Assembly (NCBI GenBank): GCA_010015585.1
Contig: ML975149.1
Length of the DNA stretch: 64,000 nucleotides
Source of the DNA: Eremomyces bilateralis CBS 781.70
Taxonomy: Eukaryota
Direction: 5' to 3' (one strand)
Positions 36,193 to 48,553 of this stretch are shown in pieces. The translations under genes were made by a program, and so were the position numbers. The notes beneath the pieces were generated by a model. That model was not told the DNA's origin, made no database searches, and worked only from the letters and a program-made list of their open reading frames with translations. The first letter of the stretch is position 1. Each line of letters starts with the position of its first letter.

Positions 36193-36693
36193 ATGGGTAT
36201 CTTTGGCACTTACCATATCTATCCAAAGGACCGTTGCGTTGTCCGAAAGTCCACTGGAGTGCGCCCAGTAAGTTGGTTGCATTCTCTAGAAGCATCTGTG
36301 AAGAAATACTCATCGTTGTGCAAGACTGGCCACACCCGTCACGGTGTTCAGCAGGCTCATCGCCGAGAGCAGCCGCCAACCTACTCGGAATCGGTTGCAG
36401 GGCCTACACCTTCATGGGTTGGCCACAGCAACCACAGCCAGTATGGCCAGAAGCCAGGCTTACTTCCGAATAGCACTTGTGACAAGCAATGCGAGATTCT
36501 TCGCTACATTTGCCCGCACGGGGTGGTATTTAAGTGTGTTGGAGTGAATCGGTCCAGTTCGAAACCTCGGCCACATTGCAGATATTGCGATGATGGCAAA
36601 CGACCACCGGCACCTGCTTCTGTGTGTTCTATGCCCCAGATCGGGTCCAGCCCATGGGTGGGTGAATTTACTTTTCTTAACACTTCAGTTTAA
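36193..36693 (+). CDS. Hypothetical small Cys/His-containing protein
   Basis: Open frame with a probable in-frame intron 36268-36327 (GTAAGT..CAAG), a PPTY motif and C..C / CPH / HCRYC residues. No family recognised. Confidence 0.35.
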   Translation: MGIFGTYHIYPKDRCVVRKSTGVRPVSWLHSLEASVKKYSSLCKTGHTRHGVQQAHRREQPPTYSESVAGPTPSWVGHSNHSQYGQKPGLLPNSTCDKQCEILRYICPHGVVFKCVGVNRSSSKPRPHCRYCDDGKRPPAPASVCSMPQIGSSPWVGEFTFLNTSV

Positions 36694-36878
36694 ACGCAAA
36701 CCCTAAAACAATCTCATCGACTATGAACATCACTCAGCCATGCTCTACTCTACTCACTTTCCCCTTCAACACGCATTCAAAACGTTGGTCAATACAACCA
36801 ATTCCAAGAATATGCTCTCAACTACAATCCTTCAATCACCCAGGCTTTTCAAATCCCTGATCTCATTTCCTTAACACA

Positions 36879-37832
36879 ATGCCTCGACGTTTTTTAACTC
36901 CTCCCTGGCGCGCCCCTCGTGCCTTCTACATCGCTGACCGCGGTTGGACTCAGGTACATCCTGACGACCGCTACCAGGACGCCACCGGCAATTGGGTCCA
37001 CGCTCCCGGGTACGGTCAGCAGAACAATCGACACAGTGCTCTGCAGCCCGATCCACAGTCGCAAACCCCGCCTTACCCGGGATATCCAGGGTATCCAGGA
37101 TATCCGGGCTATCCCGTCCCGCCTGTTGAGCGTGCTAAAACGCCCGAAGCCTCGCCACCGCCACCAACGGCCGAAGCTCCTGCTGCTGAAGATCCCCCTG
37201 AGGAGATAACATTTACCAAAGAGCAAGACGACGTGATCCTCATCCTCAAGTCACAAGGCAACAGGTCCTGGAAGCAGATCGCACTAGGCATTGGTCTCCC
37301 TGAAACCGCGAAAGATGTCGTCCGTCAACGCCATCATGAACTTATGAAGCAGGGAGTCAAGGTGCCCAATCAAGGTGGAAACAAGAGCCAGAACGGCGGA
37401 AATGGTGGGAAGAAGAAGAAGAAGAAGGGAGGGGATGGTGGGAACGGTGGGATGAAGAAGGATGACGACGATGATGACAGGAGCGAGAACGATGAGAACG
37501 GCAAGAACGGCAGGAACGGAAAGCAGAGTGGAGGAGAAGAACAAGGCCAGAAGAACCATTGGGCTACAGTTGACCCGTACAAGGGCGTCTTCGACGGCCG
37601 CCGACCCGATCCAGGGACTGTATGTCTCCCCGACTCACTTCCCAATCCTCATACCACCCAGCTCTGGCTTCGTTCGATCACCCACTGACATCTCGTGTAG
37701 ATTGCGAGGATGGAGGCGTTGCTCGATGACGGCGGCAAGTACGAACGCATGGCTTCGCAATACTTCACGGAGACCGGGAAGCTCATCAGCTCGGATGTTT
37801 TCCGGCGCATGGATGAGGCGAAGAGGAGGTAG
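36879..37832 (+). CDS. Myb/SANT-like domain protein with PGY repeats; 2 exons
   Basis: FTKEQDDVILILKSQGNRSWKQIA; intron 37620-37700 (GTATGT..CTGAC..TAG); exon 2 YERMASQYFTETGKLIS; poly-Lys putative NLS. Confidence 0.72.
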
Positions 37833-37907
37833 GGGAAGATGGGGGGAGAGCCTATGGCGGAGGGCGGAAAGAAGGAGGCTGAGAAGGGGAGTGATATGGA
37901 AAAAAGG

Positions 37908-37970
37908 TATGGGGATAGGGATAGGGATGGGGATAGGGATAGGGATGGGGATGGGGATGGGGATGAGGAT
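37908..37970. repeat. (GGGATA/GGGATG)n hexanucleotide microsatellite
   Basis: About nine tandem GGGATR units just downstream of the Myb-like gene. Confidence 0.85.
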
Positions 37971-38844
37971 TGAAAAGAAGGAGTAGAGGATGACAAAAGC
38001 GATTCATGATTTATGCGGCGCAATTATTGTTGGAGTGGCCGGACTAACGTATTTTTACTTTTCCGATGCTCATTAATCGTTCCTGAATGGTTTGTACTGT
38101 ACCAATCCCGTTCATGTTACGTATATTAAGCACAATGTTACGATTATGGCAATCAGGGGATCCCTTTCTGTCAATCCATTTCAAACTCCTTCTGTGCGTC
38201 CACACAATCATATCATATGTCCGTTATCGCCAACAAAAGCGGTGAACTCCTTCGGATTAGGCGAGTCAAGCCTCTAATAGCTCACCGAGAATCGAAGAGC
38301 ATATCCCTCTGTATTGAGCCGACTTCAAGGACAGCTGTCACACCAATAGTAGTAGTATATAAACAGCAGATCGAGGCGGATATTTACGCCCTTGTCAAGA
38401 CGTTTCACCTGCGGAGTTTCGGGATCCAAATTGCAGCTTGAAGGTAGATAATCCAGATCGAAGTCGCTTGTGGATTCGTGACCTCTTCCTCATATTTTAT
38501 CGCTCTAGTACCTTGATATGAAAACTGGTGTTTAGCTATTCTTCAGCGAAGTTAAGGGCTCCATCGAGGACGGCAAGATGGCTTGCAGATCATGTGAACA
38601 CCCCTGGCTGCCGACCATCCTGGTCATCGTGGGGTCGGCGTCAGTTTCATGGTTGGGCACATGAGCCTAGGATTTATATTGCGCTCGGCCACAATTAATC
38701 TATTTTCTTGTAGCACGATATGCATGGCAAGACTTCTGGCCAACGTGGTCAATTCGACGATGGTGGCTCTTAAAATGCCGTCGGGGAACTCAAACATTCT
38801 CCCACCATTATACGAAGAGCTTCTTCGTTTCTTCGCTGGACACT

Positions 38845-40466
38845 ATGGTTTTCGGAACGCCCAGCCTTCGCACGCTGCTGACGGTTTCATTGCTTGGGGT
38901 AACGCAGGTGGTATCGGGTGCGAAAAGCGATGGATGCTACAAGGATTTCCTGAAGGATTTCAAACCGGACAACGGATACCCAAGCCATAAACACACGATT
39001 GGTGATCGCTCTGTGCGCACTTTCTTGCCTCCAAACTACCAGAAAGACGAGCCTAATCCTCTCATTCTTGCCTTTCATGGCCGAGATATGTCTTCGAGGG
39101 GAATGGAGGTAACGACGGGCCTTAGCGATGGAGAGAGGAATCCCGATCATGTGGTCATATATCCAGCAGCTATAGATGTAAGTCGCGATCTCTTGGTTGT
39201 TCAATGATCATCGCTAATCCAACCCAGGGGAAATGGCTCTCGGATCCAATGCGGCCGAATATGTCAGAGGTCGGATTCCCGCAGTTCGAGGACGAAATGA
39301 GCTTCATCTATGGCTTGGTACAGTACTACTCGTCCAAGCTATGCATTGACACCAGCCGGATATACGCGACCGGTCTCGGGACCGGTGGCGGCATGGCCGC
39401 GATGATGGCATGCGACCCCGAGATTTCTCAGACCCTCGCCGGGATTGGTGCTGTTTCCGCAGGTCTTTACAAACCCGAGTCAGAAAACGGGCCATGGCCA
39501 GAGTGCAAACCACACTGGCAACCTCTTCCGGTGCTCGAGATCCACGGTGAAAAGGACATGGAGTTCGATTATTACGGAGAGGCAGGGTATAATACGGGCG
39601 AGAGACCTGCGGTGTCCCAATGGTTAATCGAATGGGCGATGCGGCAAGGATGCGGCATGCCAAGAGCAAGGCCGCAACCGCACGCGTCGATTAATGCAAC
39701 GTTTGTTACGAAGCTAACGCATGGGACGATCAGCGAGGGTGTCGTCCATAAAGGAGGTGCTGTTCGAGCTGCTTATAGATGCAATGCCAACATCAACCAT
39801 GAACAGGGAGACCTGGAAGCTGCAGAACAAATCCTGCAGGCGGAGGCTGATGCCCCTATTACCGCTCTACACTACCTCCTGAAGAAGCAAGAGCACGGCT
39901 GGCTGAATGTCAAACTACCGGTGGAGGAATCTGTACTGATTAATAAGAAGGAAGTGTTCACAGAGGGGGAGCCTGAATTTGACACCACTGCTGTGGTGCT
40001 CGACTGGTTCCGCGGCCATCGCTTACCCGAAGGGGACGAAATGGCCGAGTCGTCAGAAAGGATGGCCCAGTGGTACATTGACGAAGTAAAGCGACAGGAG
40101 GAGGCACTTAAGAAACTCATGGCGAAGAAGGAAGAAAACGACGCAGAGGATCAGATAGCGGATATCGTCCAGAAGATCAAGGAGAAGCAAGCGGAGATGG
40201 CAGCAAAGAATGAAACAGTCGAGTGGCAGATCGGCACGGACTCGCAGACCGTGGAGGATATTCCATCTGGTGAAGATGAGACGGAACATACGCCAACTGA
40301 CTCAGAGGCTGCGGACTCAATCCCACAGCATCAAGTGCCTATTGTGGCGGATGAAGATGAAGAGGAGTCCGCCAAAGAAGACTCGAAAACTACAGTTACG
40401 GTTAAGAAAGGTTCCAAGAAACTGACAAAGGGTTCCGAGACGACGACAACACGAGATGAGCTCTAG
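38845..40466 (+). CDS. CE1/PHB-depolymerase-like (feruloyl esterase C-like) alpha/beta hydrolase with signal peptide, Ser-less elbow and C-terminal RDEL; 2 exons
   Basis: Signal peptide; RTFLPPNY..PLILAFHG..VIYPAA; intron 39178-39228; CIDTSRIYATGLGTGGGM, PVLEIHGEKD, EHGW; acidic tail ending RDEL-stop. Confidence 0.85.
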
Positions 40467-40987
40467 ATACTGTATATGTACCTAGTTAATGAATCAAAAA
40501 CCCCATTCACTCCAAATGACTCTTCAAAGTTGGAATTGGGGGTGACGGGCTGCTTTCGGCTCCTGTTCGGATGACATTTACTGGAACATCATGACCAACA
40601 CGTGCGATTAACGTACGCAATTAATGGATGCCATCGAGCATATGATGATAAACAAAAGCAACAATATTCCCGATTGATGAACATGATGATAATGATAACA
40701 ACAGTAAGAATGACAATCTGAGTCTTGGGTGAAGTCGACGATCACGAAAAGTTGGTGCCTGGGGTGACGTCACGTGCCGACGTGAGGCTCCTCAAGGACC
40801 CCTGCTCCGTGTCGAAAATTATCAACCCCAAAATTTCAGATCGGCAAACATTTCGACTTCCGTCAATACCCCAAATACCAAACTAGCGATATACTGTACA
40901 AAATGAATTGCCTCTAGTGCCTTGCTAAGGTACCCGGAGAGCATATATTTTGGAAGTCGCGTGTCGATATATAAACCGACGCTCACA

Positions 40988-43900
40988 ATGGACATCCATC
41001 GTTGCCGCTTCGTCGATTTCCCGCCCTCCGCAATCAATTGTCTGGCTTTCTCGCATACCGATTCCCTTCCTTCCGATTCATACAATCCGGCGGTGAGACT
41101 TGCGGTGGGTCGAGCGAATGGCGATATCGAAATCTGGAATCCGAATCGCGGAAGCTGGGTGCAAGAGACCGTGTTCCGCGGCGGGAAGGACAGAAGCATA
41201 GAGGGGTTAGCTTGGGTTGCCACAGACGATGACGAAGAGGAGGATACCACCGTCTCACAACAAGAATGGAGGCAGAGACCAAGGCGGATGAGGCTGTTCA
41301 GCTTTGGATACTCAAGCTCGGTGACAGAATGGGACCTCGCGGCAGGACTGCCACTGCGGGAATCCACCGGTAACCACAGCGATGTCTGGTGCATGGCAGT
41401 TCAACCCGCATGGAAGCCGACATTCGACAAAGACGGCAAGCTGATTGCAAGAGAGGGAGAATTCAAAGGGCAAAACATTGCAATTGGGTGTGCGGACGGC
41501 CGAATCGCGCTTCTCTCAACTGACAACGACGACCTCCAGTTTTCCCGGTTCATCTGGCAAAACACAAAATCCAAAGGAAGAGCATTAGGGATGGCTTTCA
41601 AGGACCGGAACATACTTGTCGTGGGGTTTGCGGATTCGAGGATACGAATTTTCGACACGCGAACCGGTCACATCTTGCAGACAATTGCCGTCGGTATAGG
41701 AGCGCAACCAGGTCCGAAAGAGGTGCTGGTATGGGCAGTCAAATGCCTTCCGAACGGTGACATCGTTACTGGCGACTCGACCGGCTGTCTCTATGTGTGG
41801 GATGGCAAACGTTATTCCCAGTTACAAAAGATCCAAGCTCACGATGCGGACATCCTGGACATTGTTTCGAGCGCCGATGGGTCGGCCTTATATTCCGTTG
41901 GCATTGACCGAAAACATTGCTTATACGAACTCGAAGAGATCCCCGGCGGCCATGGTCTGAAGCGATTCGTAAAGAAGGGACACAACCGCTATCACGACAA
42001 CGATGTGAAATCAATCGCCGCATACGAAAGCAAGGGCATCAGCATTGCAGTGTCGGGTGGTCTAGACAGCAAGCTAGTAGCCATTCCTCTACGAGAGCGA
42101 CTCAGGCAGGAACACCTTACACTTCCTGGCTTACCGCACTCTCAAGCGCTTGTATCAAGCCCTCAAAAGCGCTTGCTGTGTAGCTGGTGGGATCAGGAGG
42201 TCAATATCTGGAGGCTGAAACCATCAGGTGGTGTGGTCGACAGCACGGAGCCTCCACATGAGCTACTCTCGCGAATAGCTTTGAAGGGCGAGGAGAACAT
42301 CTCCAGTGTCGACATTTCCTACGACGGTTCGCTACTTGCCGTATCATCAGCTGCAGAAGTTCGGATCTTCCAACTCCGCCTCCTAAAAAAGCCAGACCCC
42401 GAGGAAGATTACTTAGAAATCGATGTCCTCCGGATACGGAAGCTTGACATCCCAATAGGCTTACGCAACACCGGGGTACGCCTTGTCAAATTCTCGCCTG
42501 ACGGAAAATGGCTTGCGGTTGTCCGTGCTGATAGCTCCGTCATTGCCGCGCATTTCATTCTGGAAGGCCTATCCGATGAGGACCGAGAAGCGGGGCGAGT
42601 TTCGAAGATCAAGTGCCATTCGAAGGTGTTCAAACTCCGACGAGCATCGCGGTCGAAGTCAAAAGGGAACGAGGAGAACGCGTCAGCGTCGCACATTACG
42701 TGGGGTGCTTATCTGGACTCGATTGCGCGAGTATGCTTTTCTCCGGACAGTCAAATGCTGGCAGCCAGCGATCTGAACGGTCGAGTGGACAGCTGGGCTC
42801 TATCCGAGGCGACACCTGGCACACTGGCCCACACGAACGGGGTAGCCAAGAAGCGCACATCGTCGTCATCGTCCGAATCTGAAAGCGAGTCAAGCAGCGG
42901 TGAAGAATCCACTAGCGAAGATGAAGCCATCCCGGGACCGAATGGACAATCCCTAACCAACGGCACTGCGACCATCCAAAAATGGAAATCCAACCCGTCC
43001 ACCCCGTCTCTCCCCCAACTCCCCTCGCCCGCAATCCTCATCTCCTTCCGCCCCTTTCCAACCCCCTCCACCCAAAACGATGCCTCTCCCCACTCCCAAC
43101 CCTACCACCTCATGCTCCTCACCAGTACCCACCAATTCTACGAATTCGACCTCCTCACCGGCCACCTCACCGCCTGGAGCCGCCGCAACCCCCCCACCCA
43201 CCTCCCCGATGATTTCACCCGCATCAAACACCGCGCCATCGGCTCCCAATGGCACGTCTTCCACGCCGGCGCGTCCGTAACCCAGCGCCTGTGGCTTTGG
43301 GGTCATTCCTGGGTCGGCATGCTCGACATGGGCCGCGACTTCCCCGCAGGAGGGAAGGCCGTCGAAGCCACGCCGCGGAAGAAGCGGAAGGGTAGCCACG
43401 TCGCAGACCGCGCGGACGACGCGCCGCCGACGCCTGGATCGGCGCACAAGCGGCGGAAATCGCACGCCACCGGCGCCGGCGACGCGATCCGGCCGGATAA
43501 GTTGATGGGGCTGCAGCAGACGATGACGGTCACCGTGGGCGGCACCGGGAATACGCGGGAGGTCGACCTGAGCGGTGGGAAGAAACCCTACGCCCACGAC
43601 GACGGGGATGGAGACGAGAACGACGAGGCGATCGACATTCGCGGACTGCAACTGGGCGCGAAAGCGCGGGCGGGAGCGGACGGCGAGGACGCGCGGATGG
43701 ACGCGGTCGCTAAGAGCGGTGTCGCTTCATCGGGCAAGGGCGCCGACGAGGGGAGAAAAGGGAAGGGGGGGCAGGAAGTGACGCGGTGGTTCACGTTTAA
43801 GTACCGGCCGATTGTCGGGATCGCGCGGCTCGAAGGGGGCCATGCGGTGGAGGACGATCAGCAACTTGTGAACGGCGATGGAGAGGGTGCGCTCGCGCGG

Positions 43901-44002
43901 ATGGCGGGCGATGATGAGCGGGTGTTGGAGGTGGCCGTGGTGGAACGGCCGGAGTGGGAGGTGGAGATGCCGGGGAGGATGGAGGGACCGTATGGGAAGT
44001 GA
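40988..44002 (+). CDS. UTP4: U3 snoRNA-associated protein 4 (WD40, cirhin)
   Basis: MDIHRCRFVDFPPSAINCLAFS, RLAVGRANGDIEIWNP, GGKDRSIEGLAW, RLFSFGYSSSVTEWDL, C-terminal FKYRPI..VVERP.W. Single long ORF. Confidence 0.95.
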   Translation: MDIHRCRFVDFPPSAINCLAFSHTDSLPSDSYNPAVRLAVGRANGDIEIWNPNRGSWVQETVFRGGKDRSIEGLAWVATDDDEEEDTTVSQQEWRQRPRRMRLFSFGYSSSVTEWDLAAGLPLRESTGNHSDVWCMAVQPAWKPTFDKDGKLIAREGEFKGQNIAIGCADGRIALLSTDNDDLQFSRFIWQNTKSKGRALGMAFKDRNILVVGFADSRIRIFDTRTGHILQTIAVGIGAQPGPKEVLVWAVKCLPNGDIVTGDSTGCLYVWDGKRYSQLQKIQAHDADILDIVSSADGSALYSVGIDRKHCLYELEEIPGGHGLKRFVKKGHNRYHDNDVKSIAAYESKGISIAVSGGLDSKLVAIPLRERLRQEHLTLPGLPHSQALVSSPQKRLLCSWWDQEVNIWRLKPSGGVVDSTEPPHELLSRIALKGEENISSVDISYDGSLLAVSSAAEVRIFQLRLLKKPDPEEDYLEIDVLRIRKLDIPIGLRNTGVRLVKFSPDGKWLAVVRADSSVIAAHFILEGLSDEDREAGRVSKIKCHSKVFKLRRASRSKSKGNEENASASHITWGAYLDSIARVCFSPDSQMLAASDLNGRVDSWALSEATPGTLAHTNGVAKKRTSSSSSESESESSSGEESTSEDEAIPGPNGQSLTNGTATIQKWKSNPSTPSLPQLPSPAILISFRPFPTPSTQNDASPHSQPYHLMLLTSTHQFYEFDLLTGHLTAWSRRNPPTHLPDDFTRIKHRAIGSQWHVFHAGASVTQRLWLWGHSWVGMLDMGRDFPAGGKAVEATPRKKRKGSHVADRADDAPPTPGSAHKRRKSHATGAGDAIRPDKLMGLQQTMTVTVGGTGNTREVDLSGGKKPYAHDDGDGDENDEAIDIRGLQLGAKARAGADGEDARMDAVAKSGVASSGKGADEGRKGKGGQEVTRWFTFKYRPIVGIARLEGGHAVEDDQQLVNGDGEGALARMAGDDERVLEVAVVERPEWEVEMPGRMEGPYGK

Positions 44003-46637
44003 GGGAAGGACGAGGGGATCTTGCATACTTGGAGTTTTTTGTGGGAGATTCGAGCATCCGGATGGATGGGAGGGGCGAAGGTGTTGTAATTACTGTGTGG
44101 ATAGGCATGTTGGTGGTCATTCCCCTGCATTCTGGTGGGTGGCACTGATCTGACTGAACGACCCATCCCTCATCAGGCGATCTAGAATTTGATTTTTCTA
44201 TCCATGAAGCACGGCTAGTATCACCTTGTTTCTACTCTTCATCACCTCCTCTACTCTCCCTAGGCCCCACCCTTAATCATATTCTTCTCGAGCCCTTGAT
44301 CCAACGTCCCCGTGGCTGATCGGCACGCGGCCGATCGCGTGGCAAACGCAACTGAAACCTCGGTGGAAGGGAAAAATCAAGGTCATATGCAGGCTCTTGA
44401 GTGAAAATTTTCTGTCCCGAGACGCGCAATGCCATGATTGATAATTTGTACGGCGTACATACCACCTACCAGGTTCGGATATCTGTGCGATGCGGATCTC
44501 CCGACCGCGCACGCAAGCGCTCTAGATGCTGCCGCGCTTCGAGATGGCGGAGATCTTTTAGTTGAGATTCCTAGGCGAGGGGTGGGTCAAAGTGGATTGC
44601 ATTTATTTATTGCTCTTGAGGTTCATCGGAGCGGGCACAAAGCGTTGTGAAGTGGCGAATTCGCGGTGTCAGAGAAGGTCAAGGTAGGAGATTGTACCGA
44701 GGAGTCAGGCAAGTGATGTGGAAGTAGTACGCACGTATACCTCGCGGCTCGCAAGTCACGATGATTTTGGAAACGGCCGTGCCTTGGGTATACGTACTAG
44801 TGAATATCGAATCGACCTCCGCAATGATGACCGTTTATGAAGAGGCTGAGGATTTTCATGGTGTCTTGGCAAGCCTTGTCCAACGGGTAGAAACAGTCCG
44901 ATGACAGATGGTCTCACCAATCTTGTAACAAGCTCGATCTTAACTCACGTATTAGAAATCATCGTTGATAATCCAAGAATGCACGGGTGGATTAAACACG
45001 CCGATGGAGTCGTCCGCCTATGGTTTTCCGCGATGGCTCACGATGAGGGGAGGTTTGTCGGAGATTCGAAGATGAATGTCAAGAACTCGGGATTGATTAT
45101 CCCAGGTTACAAATCGCGATATTTCAAGTGGACAGTCCCAGGCATGCCAAGGAACTAGGTCTTCTCTTCAAACAATGAAGGATGTGATGCTAACCGGATG
45201 AAGGCTACAATATTATCAATTAAATCTGTCAGAAACTCAGGCCAATACATGCAGTCAGTGGTTCATCAGCATTAAGCATGCATGGAGGCCCAGAACCTCT
45301 GAATCTTGTTTTATCCGCCACGAGAGCTGCTTGCACATCGCAACTACTAAGCATGCGGGCCATCGGATTTAGTGGATGAGGCGGAAACCGAGAGATCGGA
45401 TGTTACCAACCTTGAAGTATGAGTCGAGGTGTTCGTGATACATACCTTTCTCATTATCTAAATCCACATGTTCCAACAGCGGAGTAATATCCAACAAAAT
45501 GTGGAGATGATTGGGATGATCCAAATTCTAAACCTCGAGCCATCGATACAGGATTCATACCCGATATTCCTTCTGCGACTACGGGCCGATAAATCCTCCT
45601 ATTTGGGACGCGTATCTTCGGCGAACGGGGTTGCGTGCCTATGGGGACTAGGGAGGAGCCAGGAGGAGAGCTGGAGAGCTGATGCAGCCACGCAAGCTAG
45701 GGCCTGGGGGAAATTTGGATGTCCAGATGAGTGACGCGTGTCGTGGGAAGGTTCGTGATCAGAAAGGGTCCGCGTGCTGGAGGGTAGTTGTCTTACCATC
45801 CTCTTACCGAGAGACAATTCGCCGCTCGTGCAAATTTCCGACGAGGGTAGGTCGAGATGCGGGAAAGTAAGTAAGACGACGGCCAGATACTCGGAAGCAA
45901 TTGGAAATCTCGCCGAAGAATTGTCTGTTCATGGTGAAGGGGGAGACAGGGTGGCTGTGATTGATTGAAGCTACCGTACGCCCGTAGTCCGAACAGAGCC
46001 TCATCAGGGTCCGGTCAGTCAGTTGGATCATCACATCAGTGTCCTCGGGGAATTTAGGTTAGATATATGCTCCCATGGACTGTAACAGCCCCCACTCATG
46101 AGTAGGTATCCGTTTCCGAAACTCGAATCTGGATTACCTGTATTGAGTGTTCCTAATGCTGCCAAGAGGACAGAGGACATCTCCCTCTCATCTCCATCTC
46201 AATATTATCTGGTCGAAGGATGGACGGAGAAACCAACCACTGAAGGAGACGTCGTCATCGCCCGTCACGTCGTGATTGGTCACAGCGTGACGTCCGACCA
46301 CGTGATTAGCCACAACTGGTCTAGCCGCCGCGTCAGCTCCCTGTTCCGCCAATCAGCGCTCGCCATACTCGGGGTTCTCACATCGCCTGAGTCTCCCCCG
46401 TCTCCCTTTTCGAACTCTCTTCCTTTCTTCCCTTCCGCCCCGATTCTCCCCCCCATCCACCACCTAATCACCAGTAGTCCTAGTAGAGGGCCTGCAACCC
46501 CCCGGCGTAGCCGCCACCTCTCCATACTTACGCGTACCCTATCCCCATTACCCTCCCCATCCCACCAGCTCGTCTAATTCCGTCTCGTCTTCCTTCCTAC
46601 TCCTCTTTCTTCTATTCATCTCGCCTACCGACTAACT

Positions 46638-46669
46638 ATCTGGACATCTGGACATCTGGACATCTGGAC
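46638..46669. repeat. (ATCTGGAC)4 tandem repeat upstream of PNG1
   Basis: Four exact 8-mers in tandem. Confidence 0.85.
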
Positions 46670-47052
46670 GTTCTTTACATTGACTCAACCGAGAACGGCA
46701 ATAATCGTCTGCGACTTCCCGGCTCTGACTAGGTACGACCAGCATCAGCTGCATCGCCTCGCTCCAAAACTCCCGTCTGCCTGTGGCGGCATTTCGTCTC
46801 GAAAAGACCGGGCTGTGCATACGACGACGATTCCAAGAGCGTGACGACTGCGGTCCACGCCGTCCGACTCATTATCCGCTTCTGCCTCCGAATCTTCCTC
46901 GACTCTTCCGATTTCTTTTCCCTTTCCTTTTTTCCGATCCCAAAAATCACCATTGGCCATCCTCTGCGATAACTCGACGCCACCATCGCCTCTACCGTGA
47001 ACCGTGTCGAGCACCGCCGAAGAGAGGCCACAATTCCAGCGAGACTGGCGCC

Positions 47053-48553
47053 ATGGACGGCTTCCGCTTCCGCCGAGGAGCAGGAGGCCCTCCTGGAGGA
47101 GTTGGAGGCGGCGCCGGAATTGGGTCGGGATCTGGGTACTTCAGCAACGACATTCCCTCGACCGCCCTCGACGAGCGCATGGCCAGCGACCTCACCACCC
47201 GCTTCCGTCGCGTCCTCAGCACCAAGCGCATGAATGAGCTCTCCACCCGTGCCGTCTCCTCACGAAGCGCCTCACCAGCTCCGCCGTCCCAAACCCCGCA
47301 CTTCCACCATCACCACCACCAACCGCACGCCCTCCCGCGCGAATTCGGCGTCGCGCCCTCCCCGATCTCCCACGCCTACAACGCGCCCCCTCCATCTTAC
47401 AAGTCCCTCAGCAACATCCCTCTCATCCCCACCGCCCCCACCGCCAACGACACCCGTTCCATCCGCTTCAAACATATGCTCATCTCCCTCTCCTCCCTCC
47501 CCACCAAATGGGAAAACCCCGGCCTCCTCGACGAAGCCCTCCGTGTCGTCCCCCTCGAGCAGATCTATAACGAAGCCGAGGAAGAGTCCCAGGTCCTCCG
47601 TGCGGAAGCCGAGTCGCTCGGCCACGGCAAGAAACCTGCCTGGGGCTACCCGGACTGCGTCATCCGCGCCCTCCTCCGCTGGTTCAAACGCAGCTTCTTC
47701 TCCTGGGTCAACAACCCGCCGTGCGGCCGCTGCGGATGCCCTACCGTCGGCGTCGGCATGGCGGCGCCCACGCCGGACGAGCAGGCCCGCGGCGCCAGCC
47801 AGGTCGAGCTGTATCAGTGCTCACAGCAGCGGGAGTGCGGGGCGTACGAGCGGTTTCCGCGGTATAGCGATGCGTTCGTGCTGTTGCAGACGCGCCGGGG
47901 GAGGGTTGGAGAGTGGGCGAATTGCTTTGGGATGTTGTGTCGGGCCATGGGGAGTCGGGTGCGGTGGGTGTGGAATAGTGAGGACCATGTATGGGTCGAG
48001 GTGTTCAGCGTGCATCGGAAACGATGGGTGCACGTTGATCCGTGTGAGGAGGCGTGGGATAAACCGAAGCTCTATACCGAAGGTATGCCGTCTCGCGCTG
48101 TCAATCCGTCAACCTAGCTAACCCCCATAACCAGGCTGGGGCCGCAAACTCGCCTACTGCATCGCCTTCTCCGCCGACGGCGCCACCGACGTCACCCGGC
48201 GCTACGTGCGCAACCCCGCGAAATTCGGCGTCGACCGCACCCGCTGCCCCGAAGCGGTCCTCCTGCACATCATGGACGAGATCCGGCGTCTCCGTCGCCA
48301 GAACCTCAGCAAGGACGAGAAGTTCCGCCTGGAGGGCGAGGACATGAAGGAAGGCCGCGAGCTGCGGCAATACGTCGTCACGAGCATCGCGGCAGAGGTG
48401 TGTAAGATCGTGCCCGGGGCGGTGGATGAGAGGGGCGCGCAGGAGGTGGAGGGGCAGAAGGTGTTGGAGGCGAGGCAGGCGGTTGAGGAGAGGGAGAGGG
48501 TGAGGGGGGGACGCGCACGGGGTTCGGGGGAGCGGGACGAGCGGCCGCGGTGA
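47053..48553 (+). CDS. PNG1: Peptide:N-glycanase Png1 ortholog (transglutaminase fold), catalytic Cys replaced by Val; 2 exons
   Basis: [64 protein letters not shown]; intron 48083-48134; [24 protein letters not shown]. The start could alternatively be 47179. Confidence 0.93.

Noticed and set aside
40642..40721. C/D-box snoRNA-like arrangement (ATGATGA ... CTGA) upstream of UTP4
   Set aside because: Lies in ATG/ATA-repetitive sequence; I found no terminal stem and no rRNA complementarity of 10 nt or more by eye. A snoscan or Infernal hit would be needed.
44270..46050. Short ORFs between UTP4 and PNG1
   Set aside because: No recognisable motifs or consistent splice model; may be decayed coding sequence but cannot be supported.
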